From: Thermodesulfobacteriota bacterium
GTDB taxonomy: Bacteria; Desulfobacterota; Desulfarculia; JACQYL01
Assembly: GCA_963675595.2 (NCBI GenBank)
Contig: CAXXLZ010000002.1
Location: 1,824,001 to 1,888,000, forward strand
Length of the DNA: 64,000 nucleotides
Reading direction: 5' to 3'
A model generated the notes under the pieces. It ran no database searches, was not told the origin of the DNA, and was given only the letters and a program-made list of their open reading frames with translations. Positions 26,866 to 36,757 of this stretch are shown one piece after another; the first letter of the stretch is position 1; every line of letters begins with the position of its first letter. The translations under genes were made by a program, and so were the position numbers.

Positions 26866-28389
26866 TCATTCTTCCAGCGTGACCCTGAGCAATTCCGCAA
26901 ACGAGGTGTGCCCCTGCAGTACACGCTCGAAACCGTCGGCGCGCAAAGTCCTCATGCCTTGCTCAACGGCGGCTCTCTTGATGGTCAAAGAGTCTCCCCG
27001 GTCCAGGATCAGTTTTCGGATTCTATCCGTCACCTTAAGGTACTCATAAATGCCCATCCGTCCCCGATAACCCGTGTGGCCGCACTCCTCGCATCCCGCC
27101 GGTTCATACACCCACAGATCGTTCACGTCCATTTCCACGTTCAGGGAACTCAGCATCCCCGCTTCGGCCCGGACTCTTTTCTTACATAAAGGGCACAGCA
27201 CCCGAACGAGGCGCTGCGCCATCACCGCCAGGAGGCAAGACGAAAGGAGGTAATCCTCGATGCCCATTTCCAGAAGCCTGGCCACGGCGCCGGCCGAATC
27301 GTTCGTATGCAGGGTGCTGAACACCAAATGGCCGGTGAGCGCGGATTGGATGGCGATCTCGGCGGTCTCCGCGTCCCGGATTTCACCGACCAGAATCACG
27401 TCCGGGTCCTGGCGCACGATGGAGCGCAGGCCTTTGGCGAACGTAAGCCCGATGGAAGACTTCACCTGAATCTGGTTGACCCCCTGCATCTGGTACTCCA
27501 CCGGGTCTTCCACCGTGATGATCTTCTTGTCCGGTTCGTTAATCTGTTCGAGGGCTCCATAGAGGGTCGTGGTCTTGCCGCTTCCCGTGGGACCCGTTAC
27601 GAGAACCATGCCGTAGGGTTTTCGAATCAGAAGGTCGAAATCCTTCTTGATGTCTTCGGGCAGGCCGAGTTGATGCAGGTCGAGGCGTACCGAGCCTTGA
27701 TCGAGAATTCGAAGAACCACACTTTCCCCGAACAAGGTGGGTATGGTCGAAACGCGGAAATCGACGGGTTTGCCCTGCACCGTCATCTTGATGCGCCCAT
27801 CTTGAGGAAGCCGGCGTTCGGCAATATCCAGCTTGGACATGATCTTCAGTCTCGAGATCACCGCCGATTGCAGTCGGCGAGGAGGCGACTCCATTTCGTG
27901 AAGCACCCCGTCGATGCGGTACCGGATTTTGAATCGGCTTTCAAAAGGTTCCAGATGGATATCACTGGCCTGCATATCTACCGCTTTGGAAATAATCAGG
28001 TTGACCAACCGGATCACCGGAGCTTCCGACGCCATGTCACGAAGATGCTCTACGCTGTCCTGCCCCGCCTCCTCGGCTTCTTCTTCCCCCATCTGACTAA
28101 CGATTCGTTCCATGGCGGACGCGCCCTGGCCGTACAAGCGCTCCACCGCATCCGCGATATCGTCTTCCGAGCCCGGTCTCGCCACCACCCGTAACTGGGT
28201 GGCAATTCTAACCGCGTCCAAGGTATCCATGTCATCCGGACGCGCCATGGCCACGACGAGTTCATCGTCCCGCCGGTCCAGGGGAACCAGCAGATTGTAC
28301 CGCATAAACTGGGGGCTGAGCCCTTCGACCAGGACGGGAGAGGTCGGATATTCTTTTTCGGACACTTCGCCCGGGGACTTGGGGTCCAT
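26866..28389 (-). CDS. gspE: T2SS ATPase GspE
   Basis: ASDIHLEP, RLPQDGR, Walker A GPTGSGKTT, RQDPD..LVGEIRD, TGHLV.STLH and CxxC...CxxC Zn motif. Confidence 0.95.
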   Translation of the reverse strand: MDPKSPGEVSEKEYPTSPVLVEGLSPQFMRYNLLVPLDRRDDELVVAMARPDDMDTLDAVRIATQLRVVARPGSEDDIADAVERLYGQGASAMERIVSQMGEEEAEEAGQDSVEHLRDMASEAPVIRLVNLIISKAVDMQASDIHLEPFESRFKIRYRIDGVLHEMESPPRRLQSAVISRLKIMSKLDIAERRLPQDGRIKMTVQGKPVDFRVSTIPTLFGESVVLRILDQGSVRLDLHQLGLPEDIKKDFDLLIRKPYGMVLVTGPTGSGKTTTLYGALEQINEPDKKIITVEDPVEYQMQGVNQIQVKSSIGLTFAKGLRSIVRQDPDVILVGEIRDAETAEIAIQSALTGHLVFSTLHTNDSAGAVARLLEMGIEDYLLSSCLLAVMAQRLVRVLCPLCKKRVRAEAGMLSSLNVEMDVNDLWVYEPAGCEECGHTGYRGRMGIYEYLKVTDRIRKLILDRGDSLTIKRAAVEQGMRTLRADGFERVLQGHTSFAELLRVTLEE

Positions 28390-29811
28390 TTACATGCCTT
28401 TTCCCAAAAGCATTACCGGGATGGTTTTGAGGAGAATCTTGAGGTCCAGTTTGAGGCGCCAGTTGTCGATATACTCCAGGTCCATATGCATCCAGCGCTT
28501 GAAATCCACGGAATTGCGGCCGCTTACCTGCCACGAACAGGTGATGCCGGGTTTCATGCTCAAACGACGCATTTGCCAGCGTTCGTACCGTGCCACCTCT
28601 TCCGCCAACGGCGGACGAGGTCCCACCAAACTCATGTCGCCCATAAGCACGTTGAAGAGTTGGGGCAGTTCATCCACGCTGGTCCGGCGCAGCCACTTTC
28701 CCAGTCGGGTAATCCTTGGATCGTCCTTGATCTTGAAAACAGGGCCGTCCATTTCGTTTAACGCCTGCAAATCCCGCTTGAGCGCGTCCGCATTGGCCAC
28801 CATCGAGCGAAATTTATACATGATGAACTTCCTTCCGTGGAGCCCGCAACGTATCTGCCTGATGATCACCGGGCCGGGCGACGTCATTCTGATCGCAGCG
28901 GCAACCGTCGCCATCAAAGGTGAAAGCAGGACGAGCAGCGCCAAAGACAGGACACGGTCCATCACGGCCTTGAGGAGCAGGGGAAAGCCGTCACTGGGAA
29001 TGGTTGAAAAAGAAAGAAGTGGAATTCCGGACAACTGACTGAACTCAGTCCTGGCGATCACATTAGGGAAGAAATTCAACGCAACTCTGGCCTTGACTCC
29101 CACATCCTCCAGAAAGAGAAACACGTCTTCAAGTTCGGCCAGCTTCTGCCGGGTGACCAGAAACACCACCTCGTCCACCACTTCCTCCATGACGAACCGG
29201 TCGAGGTCGTCGATGGTCCCCAGGATGTGGTAGCGCTGCCGTATCTCCGGAATCACATCGTTCTTTCCCGGCGTCATGAAACCGAGGATTCGGATACCCC
29301 ACCAACGGGTCTGTTCCACCATTTCGGCGAACTGCAGGGCTCGATGGTCGTCCCCCACAACCACCATGTTCCTGAAATTGTACCCTTTCCTCCGCACCCA
29401 CCGGCTCACCAGACGTATGAAGATTCTCATACATACCAGAAAGGCCAGGTCAACAACGAGGAAGCACAAGATGAACATTCGACTCAGAATCTCGTTGTAC
29501 TTGAGAAGAAAGATGGCGAATCCCAGAACCAGCCCGGAAGTGAACACCACTTTGGTCAGGATCCAGGCTTCCGCCTTCAACCCGGTAGTCCGGTAGGATC
29601 GATAGGTCTTGAAAAACCGTAACAATATCGCCCAGGTGGGAATAATCAAAATCAGCAGTTTCACATAATGATGAATGGGAAACAGGGCGTTGAAATAGGA
29701 TTCAGGAAATTGATTTCGTATATAATAGGTCAGAAAGAAAGCGCCGGTTGTGACCAACAAATCCAGGAAGAACAAAATGTTTTCAATGAGTTTGGCTCGT
29801 TGTCTCAGCAT
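28390..29811 (-). CDS. Undecaprenyl-phosphate sugar-1-phosphate transferase (WcaJ/WbaP family priming transferase)
   Basis: N-terminal TMs, Rossmann-like linker, and YKFRSM, DPRIT, DELPQL.NV..GDMS.VGPRP and PGIT..WQ motifs. Confidence 0.92.
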   Translation of the reverse strand: MLRQRAKLIENILFFLDLLVTTGAFFLTYYIRNQFPESYFNALFPIHHYVKLLILIIPTWAILLRFFKTYRSYRTTGLKAEAWILTKVVFTSGLVLGFAIFLLKYNEILSRMFILCFLVVDLAFLVCMRIFIRLVSRWVRRKGYNFRNMVVVGDDHRALQFAEMVEQTRWWGIRILGFMTPGKNDVIPEIRQRYHILGTIDDLDRFVMEEVVDEVVFLVTRQKLAELEDVFLFLEDVGVKARVALNFFPNVIARTEFSQLSGIPLLSFSTIPSDGFPLLLKAVMDRVLSLALLVLLSPLMATVAAAIRMTSPGPVIIRQIRCGLHGRKFIMYKFRSMVANADALKRDLQALNEMDGPVFKIKDDPRITRLGKWLRRTSVDELPQLFNVLMGDMSLVGPRPPLAEEVARYERWQMRRLSMKPGITCSWQVSGRNSVDFKRWMHMDLEYIDNWRLKLDLKILLKTIPVMLLGKGM

Positions 29812-30620
29812 GGCGGTTTTCCCATCTCTTCACTTCGTCGGACCGTTTTGAAGCCCCCGTGCTTCAGGCAGTACTTCAGGCAACTGACCAAGTGCGACCA
29901 GTTCTCTTTTCCCAAAGGGTTCCGGGCGCTGCCTCTTCTGTGATCATGGACCATGGTCGCGTGAGGATGGTAAATCACTTTCCAACCCCTTTTCCACATA
30001 TCCGTGCATAAATCCACATCCTCGAGATAAAGGAAATAGCGGTCATCGAACAAGCCGTGCTCGGGAGCGGCATCCCTGCGGACCATGAATGCCGCCCCCA
30101 GAGCCCAATCCACCTCGCGGGTCTCCGTGTGGTCGTAGTCCGCCATCAGGTGACTTCGGAGCCGCCGCCCACCGGCGGAACGCCCGAGGGGCGTTCTGCG
30201 AAGAACGATCGTCTGCCAGTCGTAACACCGCCGACAGGAATACTGGAGCGTGCCGTCGGGGTTGAGCAGTTTTGGGAACACGACACCCGTCTCCGGATTT
30301 CGAACCAGATGCTCATGCAGCCGGGCCACGGCATCACCGGAAACCAACACATCGGGGTTCAGGTTCAGGACATACTCTCCGCCGCTTTCGCGAAACGCGC
30401 GATTCGCGGCACAGGCCAACCCCTCGTTTCTTCCGCTCAGACGTAGCTTTACCGGATGCCGCGCGGAACTGCACAAGCTTTTCAGCTCACCGTCACATTG
30501 AGAGTAATTATCCGCTACCAGGATTTCCGTGGGTTCCGGCAGCTCCGCCGTGGACAAGGCGTCGAGACAGTCGGCGAGCCGCCCCGGAGTTCGGTAGTGC
30601 ACTATGATGATGGAGATCAT
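29805..30620 (-). CDS. Glycosyltransferase family 2 (WbbL-like)
   Basis: SIIIV.Y, DN.S, N.G...A.N, LNPD and FD..YFLY.EDVDLC motifs. Confidence 0.9.
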   Translation of the reverse strand: MISIIIVHYRTPGRLADCLDALSTAELPEPTEILVADNYSQCDGELKSLCSSARHPVKLRLSGRNEGLACAANRAFRESGGEYVLNLNPDVLVSGDAVARLHEHLVRNPETGVVFPKLLNPDGTLQYSCRRCYDWQTIVLRRTPLGRSAGGRRLRSHLMADYDHTETREVDWALGAAFMVRRDAAPEHGLFDDRYFLYLEDVDLCTDMWKRGWKVIYHPHATMVHDHRRGSARNPLGKENWSHLVSCLKYCLKHGGFKTVRRSEEMGKPPC

Positions 30621-30656
30621 GGTTTCGGTCTTGCCTCGATTAAGCGCAAGAACTGG

Positions 30657-30685
30657 ATTTTATTTAAAAGATTCGAGATTGTCAA
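30657..30685 (-). promoter_or_regulatory. Near-consensus sigma70 promoter for the GT2-sugar transferase-gsp operon
   Basis: TTGACA-17 nt-TAAAAT on the minus strand, 36 nt upstream of the GT2 ATG. Confidence 0.7.
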
Positions 30686-30767
30686 TCGAAGAGGATGCAT
30701 GGATCGTTCGGGTATCAAACCCTGAAGACCCGCGGGATGAGGTCTGGGAAGTCGTTCTAGAGGAAGA

Positions 30768-32519
30768 CTATTCCGTGGATTCTCGACACAAGCCGCACCT
30801 GTTGCACGATTCGGGTCGACAGTCAGGGGACGTCTTGGCCGCCATGGCACGCCGGTGCTCCGCAATCAGATACTCCTTTCGTATTCCCGTATCGACGAAA
30901 TCCCAAGGCAGAATCTCATCAAAATCTTTTCGACGATACACGAAGAAGTCCGGATTAACAGGCGTTCGTTTGAATGTATTCCACCATTTGCCCTCATTTT
31001 CGTGCACTTGCGCAAGCATACGTCCCACTCTACGATCCCCGGAAGAGAGCAGGGACTGGGTATAAGACCACTTGGGAACCTCAGAGAACACGGAGACGCC
31101 GCCGATGGACCGGCACTGCTTCTGCAACCGGACGATCCTCTTCTTCAGCAGATCGACGGACGCCAAGGGCTCCCACTGAAAAGGCGTGTGGGCTTTGGGC
31201 ACGAAACAGCTGACGCCCGCACTCAGACGGGGGAGGCCTTTCTCTTTTCGGGCTCCCTTCTTGAGCGCGTGGAAAATCTTCTTCAACAAGATCGGGATGG
31301 CGTCCACGTCTTCTTCGGTTTCCGTGGGCAGTCCCACCATGAAATAAAACTTGATGCCCGTCATTCCGGCTTCCATCAACCTGACCGCCGCATCGACGAT
31401 GTCCCGCTCTTCCAGTTTTTTGTTGATCACGTCCCGTAGACGCTGTGAGCCGGATTCCGGTGCGATGGCCACGCTTTTCTGACCACATCGGCACAGAAGG
31501 TCCAGCAATTCACCGCCGGCCGAATCGCCGCGAAGGGCCGATGCCGTCGCCTCACAGCCGGATTCCGCCAAATGCTTCAACAAAGGAAGAAGGTCGGGCA
31601 GGTCTCCTATAGCCGGACAAATAAGCCCGAACCGCTTTCCCAACGGCTTGAGTTCGGACAACATTTCCTGAAGGGTTTCTCCCGGATAGGCACGCGGAGG
31701 GCGGAACAAGTGGCCTTCGGCACAGAATCGGCATCCCCGACCGCAGCCTTTGCCCACTTCGAGAAGCACCGTATCCGAGAACTCCGTATCCGGCGTCATC
31801 ACGAAAGTGCGTGGAATCGGTACGGTCAACGCGGTCCTTCGAGCAGGAACCACTTTCTCGGGAGCCCCGTGCCTGCTCTCTCGCCCGGCGATCAACCCGT
31901 CCGGTCCGTATATCTCCTCGTACAAGCCCGGGGCGTAAACGCCGAGCTTTCCCACGGCCTCCCGCACAAGCCCTTCCCGTTCCAGGGGAATCGACTCTAC
32001 GGAGCGAAACAAGTCCAGCAGATGGGGCAGAACCACCTCGCCGTCGCCCAGGGCCAGGAGGTCAAAGAAAGGGGCGAGAGGCTCGGGGTTCAGAGATACG
32101 GCAATGCCGCCTCCCAACACAAGAGGAGCCGGTTCCGACCGCCGGGAGGAGAGCAGCGGTATTCGGGCCAGCTCAAGAAGCTTAAGAATATTGAGGTAGT
32201 CGTTCTCAAATGAGACCGAAAAGGCCACGACATCCTGTTCGGCGACCACCCTTTGGGTTTCCAAAGTAAGCAACGGAATCCCGCTCTGCTTGTACAGCGC
32301 GGCTTCCTGGTCATCGGGCAGAAATACCCGTTCGCACACCACGGATTCTTCCCGGTTCAGCCACCCGTACATGGACTGGAAACCCAGGTTGGACATGCCC
32401 ACGTGATACCGATTCGGATACGCGAGGGCAACGCGAATTCTTCCGCCGGGGTCCTTGAAAACCGTATTGCGTTCCCTGGACAGGATATTCCGATAGTGTT
32501 CCCGGATCTTCCAGGACAT
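30768..32519 (-). CDS. B12-binding radical SAM protein (TIGR03960-like)
   Basis: YPN.Y.VGMSNLG, CERVF, GCGRGCRFC, APESGSQRLR, FVPK.HTPFQW and C-terminal C...C..CG.C. Confidence 0.85.
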   Translation of the reverse strand: MSWKIREHYRNILSRERNTVFKDPGGRIRVALAYPNRYHVGMSNLGFQSMYGWLNREESVVCERVFLPDDQEAALYKQSGIPLLTLETQRVVAEQDVVAFSVSFENDYLNILKLLELARIPLLSSRRSEPAPLVLGGGIAVSLNPEPLAPFFDLLALGDGEVVLPHLLDLFRSVESIPLEREGLVREAVGKLGVYAPGLYEEIYGPDGLIAGRESRHGAPEKVVPARRTALTVPIPRTFVMTPDTEFSDTVLLEVGKGCGRGCRFCAEGHLFRPPRAYPGETLQEMLSELKPLGKRFGLICPAIGDLPDLLPLLKHLAESGCEATASALRGDSAGGELLDLLCRCGQKSVAIAPESGSQRLRDVINKKLEERDIVDAAVRLMEAGMTGIKFYFMVGLPTETEEDVDAIPILLKKIFHALKKGARKEKGLPRLSAGVSCFVPKAHTPFQWEPLASVDLLKKRIVRLQKQCRSIGGVSVFSEVPKWSYTQSLLSSGDRRVGRMLAQVHENEGKWWNTFKRTPVNPDFFVYRRKDFDEILPWDFVDTGIRKEYLIAEHRRAMAAKTSPDCRPESCNRCGLCRESTE

Positions 32520-32527
32520 TGCCGTGT

Positions 32528-33697
32528 TCAGTCCGCCTGTTTTCTCAGGAACGTCGGCTGATCATACAGGTCTTCATCAAAGATGAAGTCGTTCTCGGAA
32601 TCCACATGATGCGAGGTGAAATTGACGGTCTGCGGAGCCGGTTTCACTTTGCGCACCACGGGAGGAGAATCGATGTCCCGGACTCGCTCGCGTTTCTTTG
32701 CCCCATCCCGAGGCGCCACGGGTCTCAGTTTCGTTTCCGGCTTGTCTTTGATCCCCGTTGCAATCACCGTGATGCGTATTTCCTCGTTGAGCTCCTCGTC
32801 GAACACGGCGCCCCAAATGATGTTGGCATCGTCGTGCGCCGCTTCCTGGATGAACGTGCAGGCTTCCTGCACCTCTTCCATAAGCAGGCTGCTGGAGGAA
32901 GTGATGTTCACGAGCAGGCCTCGCGCTCCCTCGATGGAAACATCGTCCAGCAAGGGGCTCGATACGGAGGCTTGCGCGGCTTCCATGGCCCGGTTCTCTC
33001 CGCGCCCGATCCCGGTTCCCATGAGGGCCACGCCCATCTCGCTCATGATCGTGCGTACGTCGGCGAAATCCAGATTGATCAGGCCCGGAACCATGATCAG
33101 GTCGCTGATGCCTTTCACCGCATAGTAAAGCACGTCGTCGGCCTTTTTGAGCATGTCTTTGAAAGTGGCCCCTTTGGGCGCCAATGTGGTGAGGCGATCG
33201 TTGGGAATGGTGATCAAGGTGTCTACCACTTCCTTCAGTTGCTCAATGCCTTCCACCGCCTGGTTCAATCGCTTCTTTCCCTCGAAGGTGAACGGTCTGG
33301 TGACCACCGCCACGGTCAAGGCACCGATTTCCTTGGCCAGCTCCGCCACAACGGGCGCGGCCCCCGTTCCCGTGCCGCCTCCCAGGCCTGCCGTAATGAA
33401 CACCATGTCGGTGTCCTTCAAGGCCTCGCGGATTTTGTGGTTGTCCTCCATTGCGGCTTCCCGGCCGACTCCGGGATTCGCTCCGGCGCCGAGCCCCTTT
33501 GTCAAGCCGCACCCGATCTGGATGCGAACATCCGCAAGAGAAGTGTCCAGCGCCTGGATGTCCGTGTTCGCCGCGAGAAACTGCACCCCCAGCAGTCGCG
33601 ATTCCACCATATTGTTGATCGCGTTTCCGCCGCCGCCTCCCACGCCGATGACCTTGATCCTGGCCGCACTCGCCATTTGAATGGGTTCAAATTTCAT
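32528..33697 (-). CDS. ftsZ: Cell division protein FtsZ
   Basis: [22 protein letters not shown] and C-terminal PTFLRK. Confidence 0.98.
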   Translation of the reverse strand: MKFEPIQMASAARIKVIGVGGGGGNAINNMVESRLLGVQFLAANTDIQALDTSLADVRIQIGCGLTKGLGAGANPGVGREAAMEDNHKIREALKDTDMVFITAGLGGGTGTGAAPVVAELAKEIGALTVAVVTRPFTFEGKKRLNQAVEGIEQLKEVVDTLITIPNDRLTTLAPKGATFKDMLKKADDVLYYAVKGISDLIMVPGLINLDFADVRTIMSEMGVALMGTGIGRGENRAMEAAQASVSSPLLDDVSIEGARGLLVNITSSSSLLMEEVQEACTFIQEAAHDDANIIWGAVFDEELNEEIRITVIATGIKDKPETKLRPVAPRDGAKKRERVRDIDSPPVVRKVKPAPQTVNFTSHHVDSENDFIFDEDLYDQPTFLRKQAD

Positions 33698-33737
33698 TTC
33701 TCCGGACTCCTCCTTCCCCTTTCTCGACGTCGTGTGG

Positions 33738-34958
33738 TTAAATGACTTCTTGAAACCACCGTTTCATTCTAGCAAGCACCCGGTTGAAGATGTTCTTGTC
33801 CCGAATTCGGAACTTCCGGGTCGGCTTGCTCTTCTTTCCGTATAAGACCAATCCCACGCCCGTTGCGTACATGGGGTTGTTCACTATGTCCACCAACCCT
33901 CCCACCGCTGCGGGATACCCGCATCGCACCGGAAGATTGAAAACCTGCTCCGCCACTTCGAGAATGCCCGGCAACAAAGACGATCCCCCTGTGAGAACCA
34001 TCCCGGAAACCGGCATATCTTCGTACCCCGAACGAATCATTTCTCTCTGAATCAGCGTAAAAATCTCTTCGACCCTGGGCTCGAGAATCTCCCCCAGAAT
34101 CCTGCGGGATACTTTGCGGCTTCTGCCGTCGCCCGCGCTGGGCACCTCCAATATCTCATCCTTACTGATCATGGTGCTCATGGCGCAGCCGTATCTCTTC
34201 TTGATGATCTCGGCTTCGGCCTCGGGCGTTCGCAGTCCCACTGCGATGTCGTGGGTGAGGTTGTTTCCACCGAGGGCCAGAACGGAAGTGTGCCGAACAC
34301 TCTCCCCGGAAAAGATCGCCAAATCCGTGGTACCGCCTCCGAAATCGATGAGCCCCACGCCCAAGCCTCGTTCCTCCTGACTCAACACGGCTTCCGACGA
34401 CGCGATGGGTTCCAGCACGATGTCGCATACATCCAGCCCGGCTCGGTTGGCGCATTTGATGATGTTGTGAGCCGAGGTGGCCGCCGCGGTCACGATGTGC
34501 ACCCGAGCCTCGAGGCGCACGCCGGATATCCCGATGGGGTCCCTGATTCCGTCCTCCTCGTCCACGATGAATTCCTGGGGAATAATATGGATCACTTCCC
34601 GGTCCATGGGGATGGCTACGGCCCGTGCCGTATCGAGCACCCGATCAACATCGGACTGGGTCACCTCCTTGTTCTTGATGGCAATGACGCCGATGCTGTT
34701 GAATCCCTTGATGTGTCCTCCGGCGATCCCCGCATATACCTGAGTGATTTCACAGCCGGCCATGAGTTCGGCTTCGCTCACCGCGCGGCGAATGGAATCC
34801 ACGGTCTCCTCGATGCTCACAACCACACCTTTGCGCAATCCCACGGATGGATGGGAACCCAGGCCGACGATGTTCACCCGATCATCGACCACCTCTCCCA
34901 CCACGGCGCAGACCTTGGTAGTGCCTATGTCCAATCCGACGATCAGGTCACTCTTCAT
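33738..34958 (-). CDS. ftsA: Cell division protein FtsA
   Basis: [17 protein letters not shown] and LTGG; ATG overlaps the ftsQ stop. Confidence 0.97.
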   Translation of the reverse strand: MKSDLIVGLDIGTTKVCAVVGEVVDDRVNIVGLGSHPSVGLRKGVVVSIEETVDSIRRAVSEAELMAGCEITQVYAGIAGGHIKGFNSIGVIAIKNKEVTQSDVDRVLDTARAVAIPMDREVIHIIPQEFIVDEEDGIRDPIGISGVRLEARVHIVTAAATSAHNIIKCANRAGLDVCDIVLEPIASSEAVLSQEERGLGVGLIDFGGGTTDLAIFSGESVRHTSVLALGGNNLTHDIAVGLRTPEAEAEIIKKRYGCAMSTMISKDEILEVPSAGDGRSRKVSRRILGEILEPRVEEIFTLIQREMIRSGYEDMPVSGMVLTGGSSLLPGILEVAEQVFNLPVRCGYPAAVGGLVDIVNNPMYATGVGLVLYGKKSKPTRKFRIRDKNIFNRVLARMKRWFQEVI

Positions 34959-35830
34959 ACCTGCTCCATGCTCTGAGCGGATTTTCGATATTTCACGACG
35001 GCCAGCTCCTCGTAGTCCAGATCGATGGACTGGATAAGGCGCCACTGATCTTTTGCGACCAAGTCCTCCATCACAGCCGCCAACCTCCGGACCTTGCTTG
35101 AATAAAAGTCTTTTCCCAGTCGGATTCGGACGTGGTCCCGGGTTACGATCTCCAGGTCTCCTTCGAACTCCACGTGAATTTCGGAAATCATGTTTCCTGC
35201 CAGCGACGAAACCTTGCCGTCCAGGAGGCCGAGCAAGGTAATGAGGCGTTCCTTGGCCGCCATCCTCCAAGGACTCTCCAACAGCAGATCATCTCGGCTC
35301 AACCCGGTGATTATGGGGAAGTTCAGGGAGTCTCCAGCTTCGACCTTCTTGAACGGCTTTCCGTCCTCGTCCACGTAATACAAATGATCCAGGCTGACCA
35401 ACGCCCGCGCCCTGTGTTCCCAAATTCTCACCCAGAGTTCGTCCGGCAATTCTCTCCGTACCACCGCCTTTTTGATCCAGGGTTCGGTTTCGATCCTTTT
35501 GGCGGTGTCCAACAGGTCCAACCCAAGAACGTTGGTGGCGCTGTCCACACCCATCAGTTTGATGACCGATTGCTCGTTCATGCGTTCGCATCCCACCAGG
35601 GTGACCCCCCGAAGCATGAAATGAGGGGATTCCAAGGCGTACTCATACAGAGTCAAAATGAAATAACTCACGAGCAGACCCATGGCCAATGCGCACACGA
35701 CCTTCGTGCACATGACCGCGAAACGAACGGCCTTCCGGCCCGGCCTGCTCTCCGTGCGAACATACCGGTTTCCTGTGGTACGAGGCTTCTTCTTCGCTCT
35801 TCGTATGCCTAATGCCGCTTCCGTGGCCAC
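34955..35830 (-). CDS. ftsQ: Cell division protein FtsQ/DivIB
   Basis: Basic N-tail, TM, POTRA domain (PWI..A.V.R..P) and IDL.Y; position before ftsA. Confidence 0.9.
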   Translation of the reverse strand: MATEAALGIRRAKKKPRTTGNRYVRTESRPGRKAVRFAVMCTKVVCALAMGLLVSYFILTLYEYALESPHFMLRGVTLVGCERMNEQSVIKLMGVDSATNVLGLDLLDTAKRIETEPWIKKAVVRRELPDELWVRIWEHRARALVSLDHLYYVDEDGKPFKKVEAGDSLNFPIITGLSRDDLLLESPWRMAAKERLITLLGLLDGKVSSLAGNMISEIHVEFEGDLEIVTRDHVRIRLGKDFYSSKVRRLAAVMEDLVAKDQWRLIQSIDLDYEELAVVKYRKSAQSMEQV

Positions 35831-35833
35831 ACC

Positions 35834-36757
35834 TCAATTAAAGGAACCCAATAATCGAATTTCGGGGGTCAACCGGACTCCCGAGGTCTGTTCCACCCTA
35901 CGGACCACCTCGTCCATCAAGGATTTGATTTGCGCCGCCGACGCGTTGCCCGCATTTACGATAAAATTGGCGTGTTTTGGACTTACCACGGCGTCCCCCA
36001 GCCGCATGCCCTTGAGACCCGCTTCATCAATCAGCTTGCCGGCGGCGAGGCCCGGCGGATTCATGAACACGCTACCCGCGCTTCGTTCTCCCACCGGCTG
36101 GGTTTCCAACCGGTATTTCATGTATCCCCGAATTTTCTCCCTGGAAGCCCGCCTTTCCCCGGGCATCACTTCCAGGGCCGTCTTGAGGATCACCGATCCG
36201 GCAGGCAGCCGAAGGGATCGGTACGAAAAATGGAGGTCGCGTCTGTCCTGCCGGACCTTTTCTCCCTCGCCGGACATCCATTCCACCCAGAGAATCGTAT
36301 CCCCCATTCGGCCCCATTTGGACCCGGCGTTCATACGCAAAGCGCCCCCCATTGTGCCCGGAATGCCCGCGGCAAATTCAAAGCCGCATAAGCCGTCCCT
36401 CAGCAGCCGACCCTGAAGCGAAGAGAGGGAAACCCCCGCACCGCATTCACAGCAAACCCCCCCGCCTCTTTTCGGGACCAGCCGTACGGACGAAAACCCC
36501 TCCCGCAACCGTACGACCACCCCATGGAAGCCGTCATCGGAAACCAACAAATTGGAGCCTCGGCCCATTATTTCCAGCGCAATCCCCTGTTCCCTCGAGA
36601 ACTTCAACAATCCACTCAGTTGTGACTCGTCGGCCGGTTCCGCTGCGGCCCACGCAGGCCCCCCCACTCTAAAGGTGGTCCGGCCCTTCAAAAGCACATC
36701 AAAGGAAACGCGTTCCTTCAGAAGGTTCTCCAACGATTTCTTATGCCGATTGAGCAT
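35834..36757 (-). CDS. murB: UDP-N-acetylmuramate dehydrogenase MurB
   Basis: TTFRVGG, G.GSNLLV.D, GIPGT.GGA..MNAG, SAGSVF.NP and KHANFIVN. Confidence 0.95.
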   Translation of the reverse strand: MLNRHKKSLENLLKERVSFDVLLKGRTTFRVGGPAWAAAEPADESQLSGLLKFSREQGIALEIMGRGSNLLVSDDGFHGVVVRLREGFSSVRLVPKRGGGVCCECGAGVSLSSLQGRLLRDGLCGFEFAAGIPGTMGGALRMNAGSKWGRMGDTILWVEWMSGEGEKVRQDRRDLHFSYRSLRLPAGSVILKTALEVMPGERRASREKIRGYMKYRLETQPVGERSAGSVFMNPPGLAAGKLIDEAGLKGMRLGDAVVSPKHANFIVNAGNASAAQIKSLMDEVVRRVEQTSGVRLTPEIRLLGSFN

